Assembly (NCBI RefSeq): GCF_009914755.1
Contig: NC_060925.1
Origin: the human T2T-CHM13v2.0 reference genome, Homo sapiens
Reading direction: 5' to 3' (one strand)
DNA length: 64,000 nucleotides
The notes under the pieces are model-generated. The model was given only the letters and a program-made list of their open reading frames with translations, was not told the DNA's origin and did not search any database. Shown piece after piece: positions 37,356-58,657 of the stretch (position 1 is its first letter; every line of letters begins with the position of its first letter). A program made the translations under genes and the position numbers.

Positions 37356-39049
<1,694 letters not shown>

Positions 39050-40540
39050 TGAGAATTTTTTCAAATGTGAGTCCACTACTGACCAGAGGTGCTCCTTAAA
39101 CTCTAGCTCTGCCAGCCATTCCCTCCTTAAGGTTCTTCTCATCTCCCCAGCTGTGAGGCAGTAGGACCAAATGGGGTTCCCCAGCCTTGTGTGACCCTGT
39201 GTCTCTACCACCTCTCAGAGCCTCACATTCCTTACCTGTCCTGGGAGGAGGCTAGCCTCACCTCCTCCATCTCTCTCTCTCTCTCTCTCCCCCACTCTCC
39301 ACCCTCCAGCTGGAGATGCCATATGTAAAGACAGGCATTCCTGATGGGTTTGTGTCGGACATGCAACTGAAGTGGAGGCTGAGGAAAGAGCAAGAACCAT
39401 GGAACCAGGCAATCCCCAGGGGCCCTTCCTGGCTCTACCTTCTGTGCTTCAATGACCAGGTGGCTCTGAGTCCTCAGGCGAGGACCTTTCCCTCTTTGTA
39501 AACTGGATGGATTGTGCTTGGAGAGGTCCACAGGCCCAGTGAGCTCTGAGAATTTGAACTGGTTTATTTACACACCCTGTCCCTGCCCTTCTATTAGGAG
39601 CACTTCCTGATGACAGGGTGAAATTGTCCCATCCCGTTCCCCAGGGCTTAACCTTTCCTCTTAGAATTCTCCCTATTCTACATGCTTTTCTTCAACTCAA
39701 GTTAAAAAAAAAAAAAAAAAAAAACCTGAAATGTCCCAGGCATGATGAGACACTGGGTGGGGGAGGGGAGGACGGTGCCCAGAGATGAGTAATTGCCCTA
39801 AAGGAGTTGGTGGCGTGGCAAGGAGGGCATTCCCAGGAAGGGCTGTCACGGATGCAGAGAGGGTGAGAGATTAATTGGACCTGAGAAGGACCCTGGAATG
39901 CTTCTTGGAGGAAGTGATGTCTGAGTGAAAGATAGGAACTGACAGGTGGGAGATGGGGTAGGAAAGGGCCACCCAGGCCAGGAACAGCAAAAGCACGGGG
40001 CACCTTTGGGAGCCAGCCCTCCCAGAGCTCCCTCCTGTTTCCACACATGCTCCTGGCTGTTAAGGGAGGGTGTGTGTGAGGAAGATCGGGGCTGAAAAAA
40101 AGGTTGGGTGCCAGGACGGAAGCCTGGAATACCTTGAATACCATGCTGGGAAGCTGGGCCTTGATTTTATAGGCAAGGAAGGAGGCTGGAGAGGGAAGGA
40201 AGCAATCAGAAGGTGTAGAGCAATGGAGTCACAGGAGCAGATGTGTTTTAATCAATTCATCCAATAAATATTTTAGGGACTCCAGACACTGTGCATCTAA
40301 AAATGCTAAAAAAAAAAAAAAAAAAAAAACAACAACAAAACCCAAGCACTTTGGTGGCCATAATGGGGAGAATGAACTGGGGGGCTGGGGGTGGGGTGCG
40401 TGCTTGGAGCAGGGAGGGAGTGGGGCCAGAAACCCAGGTGGCTGAGCTAGAGCTAAAGCCTCTGAAGTCTCAAATTTGTCAAGACCCATTTCCTGCCTCC
40501 AGGAATCTCCTGCTGCCTGCCCTGCTCACAACGGTTTTAG

Positions 40541-41350
<810 letters not shown>

Positions 41351-42964
41351 TAGCTCATGTGTGTGAACACAGAATTTATCTACTTCCCCCAGCCTTCCAG
41401 CACAAACGCAGTGCACTATGGCAGCAAAGGTTATGCTGACAAAGATGGCACAACTGCCAGGGGAAAAATCATGACATATTACAGTCACAAGAAAATATTT
41501 TTCATATTTGCAGTGGGGGAGAGGACTGGTGTGCATAACTGTGATGACAGCATTTCTAGCTGAGCCGGGTCATTTTGTCCTTGGGTCCTCCAGGGAGGAC
41601 TCGGCCCAATTGCTAACGCAAAGAACTAGGTGCTATCACAAAGCCTCCCCCAAGGCCCCAAATCCACACTAGAATACAACCTCCTTCCTAGGAGGAGCAC
41701 AGGCGAGGGAGGGCCGGCTCTATGGTCCTGCATGAAGGTACAAGAGGCGAGGGTTGGAGGTGTGTGACTCACACAGGCTGGTCAGAGGCCCCGGAGTTCA
41801 GCCTCTGTCGGGTATTTACCTACCCATCACCAGCCGCTGACTACGTGCTCACTGTGTACCAGGGACCTGGCCAAGGGCTTCACGTGTAATCTCATTTAAT
41901 TCTCACAAGAGATGCAGAGAGGTGACGTGACTCATCAGGTGACATGACTCACCAGGTCACCTAGCTGGTAAGGGATGGAACTGGGTTGTGCATAGAGGCC
42001 TATCTGTGTCCACAGGCAGGCTCCCAGCCACCACCCTCCAGTTCCGTGGCCCTGCTCTGGGACGTGGGAAGATAAGAAAGAAGAAGGGTGAGTCGGTATG
42101 GTCGTGGAGAGATTACATTTTCAGGAAATGAGGGCTCAGAACAAGGCCTGGCCTAAACATGGCTGCAGGAGTGGCAAGAGATAGGATCAGAGGGAGGATG
42201 GCCTCAGAGAGTGTGGGGAAGAACTTGTGCCCAGAAGAGTCAGGGCAGGACTGGCTGGGCCCTGACGTAAGGCCTCTTGCTCAGAGTCACAGGCAAGATC
42301 AAGTGACCTCTCGAGGTTTCAAGACACGAAGAGACAAAGCCCAGAGCAGCTGCGGCCTGGTCCAGGCCCGGGCATGCCTGCTGACCCCGGCTGGATGGTG
42401 GCCTTGGAAACTGCTTCCTGCTTCAGTCAGGCCCTAGCCGCGTAACCTTGGAGGACCTGTGACATTTCTCTTGGCCTCAGGTCAGGCCTGAGAGGGAGTA
42501 GGGAGGGGAGAGGGACTCGAGAATCCTGAACACCTTGGAGGGCCCTTCATACCCTCCCACCCCTGTCCCCAGGGTCTGATAGGGTCGATCTTTAGCCCAC
42601 AGGGCCCAACGTGGAGCCAGTCTGTCTGGCTCTACTTTCCATCTAGAGGCCCAGAGAAGATGTCTGCACAGGGCCAAGGCCCCCTCCTTGCTTGACCCGT
42701 TCTGTTCCCCGTCCCATCAGCCACAGCTCTCAGATCAGTCAGGCTCCACATTCCCCATTCTGTCTCCTCTGAGCTTTTATCTTCTAATCCACATTGGGAT
42801 GTGACCTGCCTTTGCCCACAGTTCCCTCTGCCCAGAATGCCCTTCCCCCGGTCTCCATGTGTGCAAACCTTGCCTATTCTTGAAGGTTGAGCTCCAGTGC
42901 AGCTTCTTCCACAGAACCTCAAAATCCATTTAAGATGTCAGACCCAGCAAGAGTTGTGGGGACT

Positions 42965-43265
42965 GGGGCGGGTGCGGTGGCTCACACCTGTAATCCCAGC
43001 ACTTTGGGAGGCTGAGGCAGGTGATTCACAAGGTCAGGAGTTCGAGAACAGCCTGACCAATGTGGTGAAACCCCATCTCTACTAAAAATACAAAAAAGTT
43101 AGCTGGGCACAGTGGTGCGCCCCTGTAATCCCAGCTACAGGAAGCTGAGGCAGGAGAATCGCTTGAACCCAGGAGGCAGAGGCTGCAGTGAGCCGAGATC
43201 GTGCCACTGCACTCCAGCCTCGGCGACACAGTGAGGCTCCATCTCAAAAAGAAAAAAAAAAAAAA
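42965..43265 (+). mobile_element. AluS
   Basis: Alu consensus with A tail. Confidence 0.9.
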
Positions 43266-46200
43266 GTGTAGGGATTGTCCAATCCAACCTATCCTTTTGC
43301 AGATGGGGAATCAGGCGTGGGGAGATGAGAGGCAGCCATATGGCAGAGCACCCAGGCTCAGGAGGGACAGTACTGGGTTCTAATCCTGGCTCCACTATCT
43401 GCCAATGGATCCCCTGGGCAAGGTTCAGAGCTGCACCCATTTCCTCAACTCTAATGTGGGATAGGGCGGGAGGCAGGGGGTTGTGGTGGGGAGACACACC
43501 CCACCTCATAGTCTGCTGTGAAGGGTCAGTGAGGCAGCGTTACATAAAGGGCCCAGCACAAATGTCCCTTTTCTCATCAAGGGGGCAGAGGGCTGACTTC
43601 TGACCACAACACCCAGCTGTCCAGCAAATCTTTGTTTCTCACTGCCTCTGGGCACCTGCCACTCTCTGCCAGGTGTTTTCAGGTTTTTTGTGTACTTGTT
43701 TTAGTTTCCTGGGGTGGAGGCTGAACTGGAGGACAGGGGTCATGCCTGCTTTGTCTCCCCAGTACCCAGCACTGGATGGACACACAGGGGCTCAGGTTGG
43801 GAAACTAAGCTCAACTGCTGCTTCTCCAGTGCCTGGCGTCAAAACTGCTCACTGCTATTGGTGAATGAGCGTGTCCTTGTCCTCTCTGCTTAAGCCCTCT
43901 GTTGAGAGTGGCAACTCCCTCTATGAACTTTTTCCTTGCCACTCTCCTTCTCTGTATCTCCAACTCTTTCTCATTCCCGTGGTGATTTTGATCATCCCCT
44001 GGCACTGGGGGGTTGCCCTAGAGCCTGTGGGTCATCTTAGATAGAGAGAGGGGGCAGCCGTCCCACCACCTTGGCCTGGGCCATCATCACTGCATGTGTG
44101 GACTACTGCAGCTGGTCTCCCTGCTTCAACACTAGCCCTGCTCCACGGTGGCCTGGGGAATTCCAGCAGGGAACTCTTCAGTGGATCCCCACGTGTCTGG
44201 GAATGAAATTCAGACTCCTTCTAATGCCCCGCATGATCTGGCCTCGCTTGCCTCATCCCCTCACTTAGCTTTACTGCCTTCCCATAGGCAGTTTCTTAAA
44301 GCTGAGTCCCTTCCTGCCTCCAGGCTTTCCACACTGCTGTTCCCTCTGCCCAGAATGTTCTTCCCCCTCCCCGCCAGCTGTTCAGCCCCATCATTCCTCA
44401 GGCCTCAGCTTCAAGGTCCGGTCAGCATGCTGTGTGCGCTCACAAGCTTCTAGCTTTTTTCTCTTGTACAGTGCTTCCCACAGCTGGAATCAACACATGC
44501 TTAATGCCACTGTTTGCTGTCTTTCCCTCTAAATGGGAAGCCCCCTGAGGACCAGTACCTCATTTGTGGTGTTCACTGTGGTGCCCCCAATGCCTGGCTT
44601 CTAGTGGGTGCTGGACAGATGTCTCTAGAACAATGGAATGCATTGGTTTGAGGACAGCGCAGTTAACTCACAGCCCTGAGTGGGGAGCAGGGCCAGAATG
44701 TGGGGCTGGATGGCATCCCAGTTCCTCCTGCGTTCAGGCCTCACTGGGTGGTTCCATTATGTACTTCACTGAGCTGTGACCTGCCCAAACACCCAGCCCC
44801 CACACCCGTCCATTTTCCCACCCAGAGCCTGGGAGGAACGGTTTTTGGATTATTTCACATTTCTGGATTATCCATGAGACATCTCCCCGCCAGTGAGAAG
44901 GATCAAGAGTTTGACATTTTAAACCCTAAGCAGTTTCTCCCTGGCCTGCTTCAGATCTGAGGCTCTGCTGGTTGCAATGAGACGCATGGGGAATGGAAGG
45001 CCATTTTAATCTTGGCCTGGCTTCATCAGGAAGGAAAAGATGCTGCCAAAAAAAAAAAAAAAGTTTGCTTCATTGTCTCTGCCATGCAGAGCTGCGAGAG
45101 CCTAAGGGATTATCAAAGTAAATTTCCTTGAAAAGATGGGGAAACTGAGGCCCAGAGAGGGGCAAAAGCTTGGTCAAGGGCATGTGGGAAGTTGGTGGCC
45201 AATCTGGGAATGGTCCTCCCGGAGGCCTCCGGACTCCTGCATGCTGCCCTTTGTCACCTTCAGGCACCAGGGGAGCTGGGGTCTGGCAGAGAGGGGGCAA
45301 CAAGTTTCCACTGACATGACTTCAGGACCCTGAGTCACCCTGGCCTTGAATGGCCTCCCAGAGCACGGATGGGACTTTCCAGGAGCCCAGCTACTCCTCC
45401 AGGAAGAGAAACTCCCAGGAAGCTTCAGTGGCAGCAGAGGTGAAGGGTGAGGGACGCAGGCATGCCCCCAGTCTGCCCCATCACCAACCACCACATCTGG
45501 GCCAATTTTGTGACAGATCTGTTGTCCAAAAGTGGGGCCAGTGGCGGCTGTATTTCGGGAGCAGGCTGTTCTTCAAGAAGATGGCTCCTTCAACCTTGTT
45601 CCCTTTGATCATTTTGGGGGCATTTTCTGTCTTTTATTTTCCTTTTTTAAAACACCAAATCTTGAGAATACTAAAACTGACTCCAACTAATGAGGTCACA
45701 GTACCTGATAAAAACAGTATCAAAACATTTAACACTCTTTAACTGAACTCTCAGAAAAGTCTTTGGCTTCAGGAAAGGGACTGGCTTTTCTAGGGTCAAA
45801 ATACCTTTGCCTGAAGATAGCCTCACTGGCTGCAGGTTTGCAGGGACAGTGGGACCCCAGCACCCCTTCTCCACTTCTGGGTCCCTACCCCACATGCTCC
45901 TGGCCACACCTAGCCTATCTCAGACCAAAGATGTTGGAAAATAGCCTTTGGGGGTACCTTGGGAGGCCAAGAGAGGACATTTTGGACCATCCTGTGAAGC
46001 CCTTGCAGAGTGTGTGACCACGCCACACTGGCCACTCTTGGCCTGGCCCTCACCAGGCTGCCTCTTAGAATCAGTGAAGCTCCCAGGGAAATGGGGGTGC
46101 CAGCAGGGCTGGTCCTCTGGATAGGCCCTGGGTAGACGACCGTCCAACCTGCTTCTCCCTTCACCTGTCTCACACAGGGCGATACAAATGCCCACCCTTA

Positions 46201-46606
46201 TCAGCGTATTTCCTGGGAAATACTCACTTCCTGCCCAAGACATAGCATGAACAAATAATTGAAAGCTTAATAAACCAAACTACAGGGCCCCATCCAGTGT
46301 GTAGTCCTCTGGCCATTTCAATTCACAAGACCCCCCCGAACGTTCAAGCCCCCTGCTGAGTTCCCAGCCCAAGCACCCCATCTCCTCCTGAGACTGTCCG
46401 CAACAGCGAATCCTGAATCCCTACACCCTGCTCTCAGTCCCCAGCCTTGCCCTTAAATCCTGCATTTGCTTCCTGCACTCCATACCTCTGTCCTTGCCTA
46501 AGCTCTGATGTCCTCTTCCCACCCCCAGGCCTCTGCCCACTGCGCCCACATCCCCAGACTCACCCAGGAACAAAACCTCGCGGTCCAGTCGGCACTTCAG
46601 TTGGCA

Positions 46607-51520
<4,914 letters not shown>

Positions 51521-51702
51521 TTACTGAACACCTACATCCTCATCAGCTTCCCATATCCTTGATGAGCTCCTGGACCCCTCCCTCCTGAGGTCTCATCTCC
51601 TTACCAAGCTCCCCTCCCCACCCCAAGCCCCATCCCCTTGCTGACTCCCAGCCTTTCTCAAACCACCATGTGTATAGTGAGCCCCTCATGGGCCCAGTTT
51701 CA

Positions 51703-52000
51703 CTTTTTTTTTTTTTTTTGGAAGAGAGTCTCACTCTGTCGCCCAGGCTAGAGTGAAGCAGCGTGATCTCAGCTCACTGCAACCTCCGCCTCCTAGTGCA
51801 AGCGATTCTCAGGTGTCAGCCTCCCAAGCACCTGGGATTACAGGCATGCGCCACCACACCTGGCTAATTTTTGTATTTTAGTAGAGACGGGGTTTCACCA
51901 AGTTGGCCAGGCTGGTCTGGAGCTCCTGACCTCAGATGATCCACTTGCCTCAGCCTCCCAAAATACTGGGATTACAGGCGTGAGCCACCATGCCCGGCCC
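51703..52000 (-). mobile_element. AluS with TSD-like cagtttcactt
   Basis: Antisense Alu 210 nt from the coding-exon acceptor. Confidence 0.9.
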
Positions 52001-52194
52001 AGTTTCACTTATTGACAGCTCATCCCCTTTGGGAATCTGGCTATGCACTCAGGAAGAACAGGACCCCTGCCTTTGAGAGGGAAGCACATCAGCAGGGTGA
52101 TCAAACTTAAGGAGAAGGCCAGGAAGTTCTAACAAGGGCACGGCCTCCCTCCTTCTTACCCCGAAAGGGCTCCAGGAGAACCCCCACCACTCAC

Positions 52195-52232
52195 CCTCGG
52201 CTCTGCCGCCTGGGCTGTCACACTGGAGATCT
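52195..52232 (-). other. AHDC1: AHDC1 5'UTR microexon (38 nt)
   Basis: Acceptor cccgtcttgttgcccacag|AGATC and consensus donor GAGG|gtgagt. Confidence 0.65.
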
Positions 52233-52376
52233 CTGTGGGCAACAAGACGGGCAATAGATCTGAATTCCCCAAATGGTCTGGTGGCCACAGCTCAACCCCT
52301 GCCCACCGGCCCAGCCTCCTCCAGGTACCACCCCCGGCTCCCTCAGCGCTCTGTCCAGCGCAGACACCCGGCTGAC

Positions 52377-52488
52377 CTGGAAGAGAGAGGGCCCCCGTGC
52401 CTGGGGGCTCTGCCAGTCGCTGGCTGTCAGCTGGGGGTGCTGTGGAGCAACTTCGGCCTGAGCCCAGGCCTCGGGGCGTGGACAGCGC
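52377..52488 (-). other. AHDC1: AHDC1 5'UTR exon (112 nt)
   Basis: Acceptor ggtcctttccag|GCGCTG with branch-point-like cactaa upstream; donor CCAG|gtcagc. Confidence 0.7.
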
Positions 52489-52509
52489 CTGGAAAGGACC
52501 ATCGCAGCT

Positions 52510-52665
52510 CAGGTTTAGTGAGCACCTACTGCGCGCCAGGTACTGGGCTGGAAGCTGTCCAGGCATCGTTTCATTTAATTCTTCATACCAATCCTGTGAG
52601 GTAGGGGCTATTAATAACCCCATTTTGCAGATGAAGAAATGGAGGCTCAGAGATAAAAGTAACAT
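52510..52665 (-). mobile_element. MIR adjacent to the 112-nt exon acceptor
   Basis: gagcacctact...ccccattttgcagatgaagaaatggaggctcagag. Confidence 0.8.
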
Positions 52666-53040
52666 CATTCATTCATACACTCATTAGTTATAAAGTACCT
52701 ACTTTGGACAAGGACTGGACAGACAGACACTGATCAGATCATTATAAATGACTTAATTACTAGTGGGATAAGAGCTGCAAAGAAAAAGTGAAGATGCCTG
52801 AGGTCAGAGCAATCACACCGGGAGTCAACAATAAAAGCCCATAGTTTGGGGACATTTTCTGTTGCCAAACACTGGGCCAAGCACTTTATATAGATTATCT
52901 CATCAAATTCCCCAGACAAACATGAGATCAATATGATTATCCTCCCCAGTCTTACAGAAACTACCCCCTGGAAGATGGTAAACACCATAAAAGCAAGGAT
53001 ATCTGTCCTATTCACCACTATATGTATTTCCCAACACTCA

Positions 53041-53390
<350 letters not shown>

Positions 53391-56300
53391 AGTTTGTTGC
53401 ATGAATGAACGCACACAAATGAGGTACGCAAAGCAATCAACCCTGCCTTTTCCCTTGAGGCTCTTTCTTCTTCTCCAGACCCAAGAAGGATGCTGAGAGA
53501 GGGACCTAAGAATGTGAAAAGGGACATTCTCTGATCCTTCTTCCACCTTCATCGGAAAAACTCTGCTGCTCCATCCTACCTCTGGCCTTGTCCTGGCCCC
53601 TGCTACATCCTCTCAGAGCCCTATGTATTTCACCTTCATAGTATTCATTGCAACTATAATCAATTACTTGCGTGACTGGCTGTTTAGTGTGTCCCCCACA
53701 AGAGTGTGGGCTCTTCAGGAGCAGGGATCACATCTGTCTTGTTTATCGCTGTATCACCTGACCCTGGGGCCTGGGCTATGAATGCTACATAAATATTTAC
53801 CGACTGACTCCCTGAGCTGGTCAGGGCAGAGCTGGGATTTAGATCCAGGCATGTCTGACTCCCAAAGAAGCCTGAGGACTCAGGGCCATGGCTGATCCCA
53901 GGAGCCGGGATCTCAGGGAGCAGGGAGCTGAATGGACCCCAACACTGTGAGGGTCTTAAAGACTGACCTTGTTCACTGCCTAATGTTTGGCTCTGACCTA
54001 GTACTGGATCCCTGGGACCTATGTGCCACAGACCCATGTAGATTCTCCCCACCTACCCATGCTGTCACCCCACAGGAAGACTGCAGAGCTGACTCGGGGA
54101 CAGGATAAAGTAGAAAGAGACACTTCTCTACTCCCCTTTGGGGGACAGCGATTTGCAATCTACAAAGCACCTACACATCTGTGACCCACTGAATCCTCAC
54201 AGCAGCCTGGGAGGCATGATTTATTATCCCCATGTTACAGGGGAAACTGGCTCAGAGTGTATGTGTAACTTGCCTGAAGTCACATAGCTGCTAAGAGGCA
54301 GGATTTCTAATTCTGCCTTAAGTCCAAAGCCTCCTTCCACTCCCAGCTCCTGTAACAATCCTTCAGCCACTTCTGAAAATGCTCCTTCTAGCGCCGTGGT
54401 CTAATTTAAGGCTGGGAGGAACCTTAAAATTATCTAACCCATTGGCTTCCAAAGCCTGGGCCTGGGGGAGCTGTGTAACATTCCAGATACCCAGGCCCTA
54501 GTCCAGGGGAATGTGACTCATAGATGTGAAGGGACATCTGGGAATCTGTATTTTTAACCAGCTACCCCAGTGGGGACACTTTCTAGTGCCATCTCATGCC
54601 CCTCCCATTTTACAGATGAGGAAACTGAGACTTGAAGAGGGAAAGAGACTTTGTCCGAGGTCACAAAATGGCACAGGAAGGGGCCCTTTGGTTGCCCACC
54701 CAGGTGGAACATCCCTCTATCCACTGTTCCTTCTCTCTCTGCAGGCTCCAGGACTCAGCTGCTCCTCGTTGTCCCACCTACTGGTCCCACCTACTTTGCT
54801 CTCTCCCAGGCCTGGCTGTGGACCTGGCCCCTCCCAGGTCAGGATCTCTCTAGTCCAAGAACTTGGAGCACTGTTGCCCTCACAGGGAGGACAGTGGGTG
54901 ACACCCTCACAAACGAGAAAAGGGGCTCAGACTCTGGAACCTCCAAGTCCAATTTCCAACAGTGTGGTTGGGCCGTGGCTCCTGGCACCCACTTGGAGAT
55001 GCCCACCAGAAGCCCCCTCCCTCCCTCCCTTACTGAGGGTCAGGCTAGCCGAGCCTTCCCCGCCCTGGAGACCTCCCAGCTGGGGCCTGAGGGTGTGATC
55101 TTGGCAGAAGAGAAAAACCTCCTCTCCGGTGGTGGCTTCTGTTCAACCCACCCGTGAAGACCTCTGGGCACGTCCTCCTGCCAGGCCTCCTGAGGCTGGC
55201 CACTGCTCTCTTTTGCAGCCTCCAGGATCTGAGGGAAACAGCTGGCTCCCCTCCTCACCACACCCCGGCGGCCATTCTCTTGGACCCCTCCCAAGGGTAC
55301 CACCTAGCCCTGGTCTGTGGACAAAGTCAAAGGGGTACTTCTGTCTGCCTGTCTGCTGTTGGGTCAGTGTGTCTGAGCTTGCCCATAGGGACACCAGCTG
55401 GTTGGGAGGGGGCTGGGGGCCCCAACCTGCTGTGCACAGTGCCGGGAAGCGCCAGCCCACATCCTTGAGTCCCCAGCCCCACCCTCCCCGGCTGTGGCTG
55501 TGACCACCCCACCCCTTCCCCAGCCCTCCTTCCCCTCCCCCACCCACTGCCTCCCCAGGGGAGCCAGGCTGCCAGCCCCAGCTCTCACTTCCGGCCTCAT
55601 GACCCTCTCTCCAGCTTGCACACTCCTCCTCCCCCACCATTTCCCTCCCAGCCTGGTTCGAAGGCCCTGGGATGTCCTCAAATGGAAAACACTGCATCAA
55701 AGGGGCCATTACTGCTGCTCTGAGACCTTCCCATCACCTCCCTTTTCCTCCAGGGGCCTTATCTCTCAGGATCTGTCCCTCAGGGACTAGTCATCACCTC
55801 TGTCCACCTCCTTCCCTTCAGCCGCCTACCTGCCCACACAGTAACACCTGAATATCTTCTTTCAACCTGATCCCAGGCACAATATCATAATACAAATAAC
55901 AATGATGGCAATAATAATGGCAGCTGTCACTCATTTGGCATCATTTAAATAGAGGCACAGAGAGGTTAAGTTATGCCCTTAAGAACAAACAGCCATCTCA
56001 TTCAATTAAGCTGGTGTCTGAATTTAGGTTGGGCTTCTGTAAATCAAACTTCTTTGGTGTCCAGAGATTCAGCGCCCTCCCCTGCAGCCTCCTACAACGG
56101 TCCTAGTCCCAACCATCAGTTCTAATTTTTGACTTCTAATCTATCCTCCTCTCAGCTTCTAGTCACCACCTCCCACCAACAGCCATCCAACTAGATGCAC
56201 TACTCTCCCTCGCCACTAGGTGTCCCCTTGGAGCCACTGATGCCCCCAAGGGGAGCTGGCCCTGCCCCGCCCCCTGGGGCCATCAGGGCCCCCCCACAGC

Positions 56301-57607
56301 ACAGCACAGCAGTGCACACCCCACCCCACCCTACCCCCAGCCACACAGAGCTCCTTTGTGCAACCCTCGCCCACCCCCTTCCTCCCTGGAACAGGGCACC
56401 TGGCAAGCAGGTCTGCCCCAGAACCGCCCCCTGCCAGCCCCCTGCCCTGGGTGCCAGGTGTGTGGGCGCCACCGCCAGCTCTGGCTGGACCCGAGGGTCA
56501 CCCTGCCGGCGGCCCTCCCTTCCTCCCTCCGAGGTCACCCAGGGACTAAGCTTCCCGCCCTGCTCCGCCCCCCTCCCCTCCTGCCCTTGGCCCTTCCAGA
56601 CTCCCGTCCTTGTCTTTCCTTCTGTCTCCCGGAGGACTCCCCTCCTCCAGCCCCACTAGGCCTTCCCTGCAGCCTCTCACCCCCGCCCACCTCCTTCCCC
56701 AGAGAGCTCCTTGTTCCACGCCCCCCCGCTCCCCGCCCAGGTCTGAAGAACTCCTCCTCCTGGAAAGTTGCTGCTGGAAAGGAAGTGACTTCAGCAATTT
56801 GGCCACAAGGCTGGGCACTGCTGAGCCCAGCTCAGCTCAAGGCTTGCCCAACCCACCTCCAAAGCACAAATGGAGCCACATGTGCACATCACTCCCACTG
56901 TGCACCCAGAACCCTGAGCACACACTTAGCCAGTGTACACACAGATCCCCGTGTGCATACACCGTACCATCGCAGTGTATTCAGATCTTGTCTATACACA
57001 CATCTCTCCAGTGTACACTAGCACCCTTGCACACATGACATCCAGTGTGGCACACACAGTATCCCCACACCTGCCCAGTACACACCCAGAATCCTGCATA
57101 TTCATACTTCCGGGTACCACATACACAGCCCTTGAACGCTCCCCAGCCCAGTCCACTTACACAACTCTTGTATATTACCCCATGTGCACGGAAGGACAGA
57201 GCCTTCCACACACACCTGCTTGCACACAAGCTTGAGTGCCCTGTACATTTACATTCGGATACACACAGCCTCGCATCCTCCCACAGCTGTACCTCCCCAC
57301 CCTTACAATCCCAGGAGACTCCACCCCCAGACCTCAGGCCCCAGGAATGCTCCTTTGGAAGTAGGGTGGGGTCCCCAGGCAGGCTCAGCTCTAGGGAGCT
57401 TCCTGGAGCCGCAGGCTTCATGTGTCAGTTCAGGGAGTTGCCTCTGCAGGGCAGGGCAGCTTCACCTGGCTCTGCAGCTCCTGAGCCTGGGTGGGCTAAC
57501 CTGGGCCAGGAGTAGGGAGGTGGGTCCTGCCACTGCCCCCGCCCCCTCCCTGTCCTGCAAGGGCACCTTAGCATACCTGGGCTACCCAGGCCCTCCCAGC
57601 ACCTCAC

Positions 57608-57833
57608 CTTGGCCTCCCAGTTCTCTGCTTCCACAGACTCCGGTAGAGAGGTGTCCTGGGGGGGTCAGCAGCTGCACACATCAGGCACTCTGGTTTCCAC
57701 CTCTGCCCTGAGTCCTGGTCATTGTCACAACCCCTTTCTCCTCCCAGTTCTCTCAGGTCATCAAGGCGCAGGGAAGAGTCCTCAGGCTAGGAGGTAGGAC
57801 TCACTGTATATCCATGAGCCTCAGTTCCCCTTT
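57608..57833 (-). other. AHDC1: AHDC1 5'UTR exon (226 nt); acceptor lies in a MIR-like sequence
   Basis: Acceptor ctccccattatccag|AAAGGGGAACTGAGGCTC (MIR core-like); donor CCAAG|gtgagg. Confidence 0.6.
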
Positions 57834-58008
57834 CTGGATAATGGGGAGTTTGAGTAAATGTTGGGTTAATATGTTTTGATTCTGTAAAGAAGCTCTTTTT
57901 GACCTAAGCTGGGAGGGGATCCCTGTTGGGACTGGGAGGCAAGTTCCCCTGATCCCCACTTCCTGGGGGTGGCCCAGGCCCAAGCCTGACTTCCCTGCAC
58001 ACTGTTAC

Positions 58009-58186
58009 CTGAGCAGGCTGCGAAGATAGGCTGGGCTCAGCAGGAAAGGCCTGTCTTCATCAGCATCTCCAGGGTGGTCTCTGCAACGGCCTGAGCGTCG
58101 CCCCGCACTCGGGGCCCTCTGCACACGCTCAACTGGGTGGGCTCTGGGGTCCAGGCCGATGGGTTGACAATCAGGCAAGCTCCCAT
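58009..58186 (-). other. AHDC1: AHDC1 5'UTR exon (178 nt)
   Basis: Acceptor gctgtgtttgcttccacag|ATGGG; donor CTCAG|gtaaca; CpG-richer than its flanks. Confidence 0.75.
58037..58186 (-). promoter_or_regulatory. 49-aa uORF (MGACLIVNPS...GLSC*) starting at the first base of the 178-nt exon
   Basis: ATG immediately after the acceptor AG; two internal in-frame ATGs; TGA at 58037-58039. Confidence 0.5.
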
Positions 58187-58235
58187 CTGTGGAAGCAAAC
58201 ACAGCACCACAGAGATAAGCATGGACACAGGGTAA

Positions 58236-58657
<422 letters not shown>

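Noticed and set aside
52470-52490. REST/NRSE-like GGACAGCGCC
   Set aside because: Only the right half-site matches; the TCAGCACC left half is absent.
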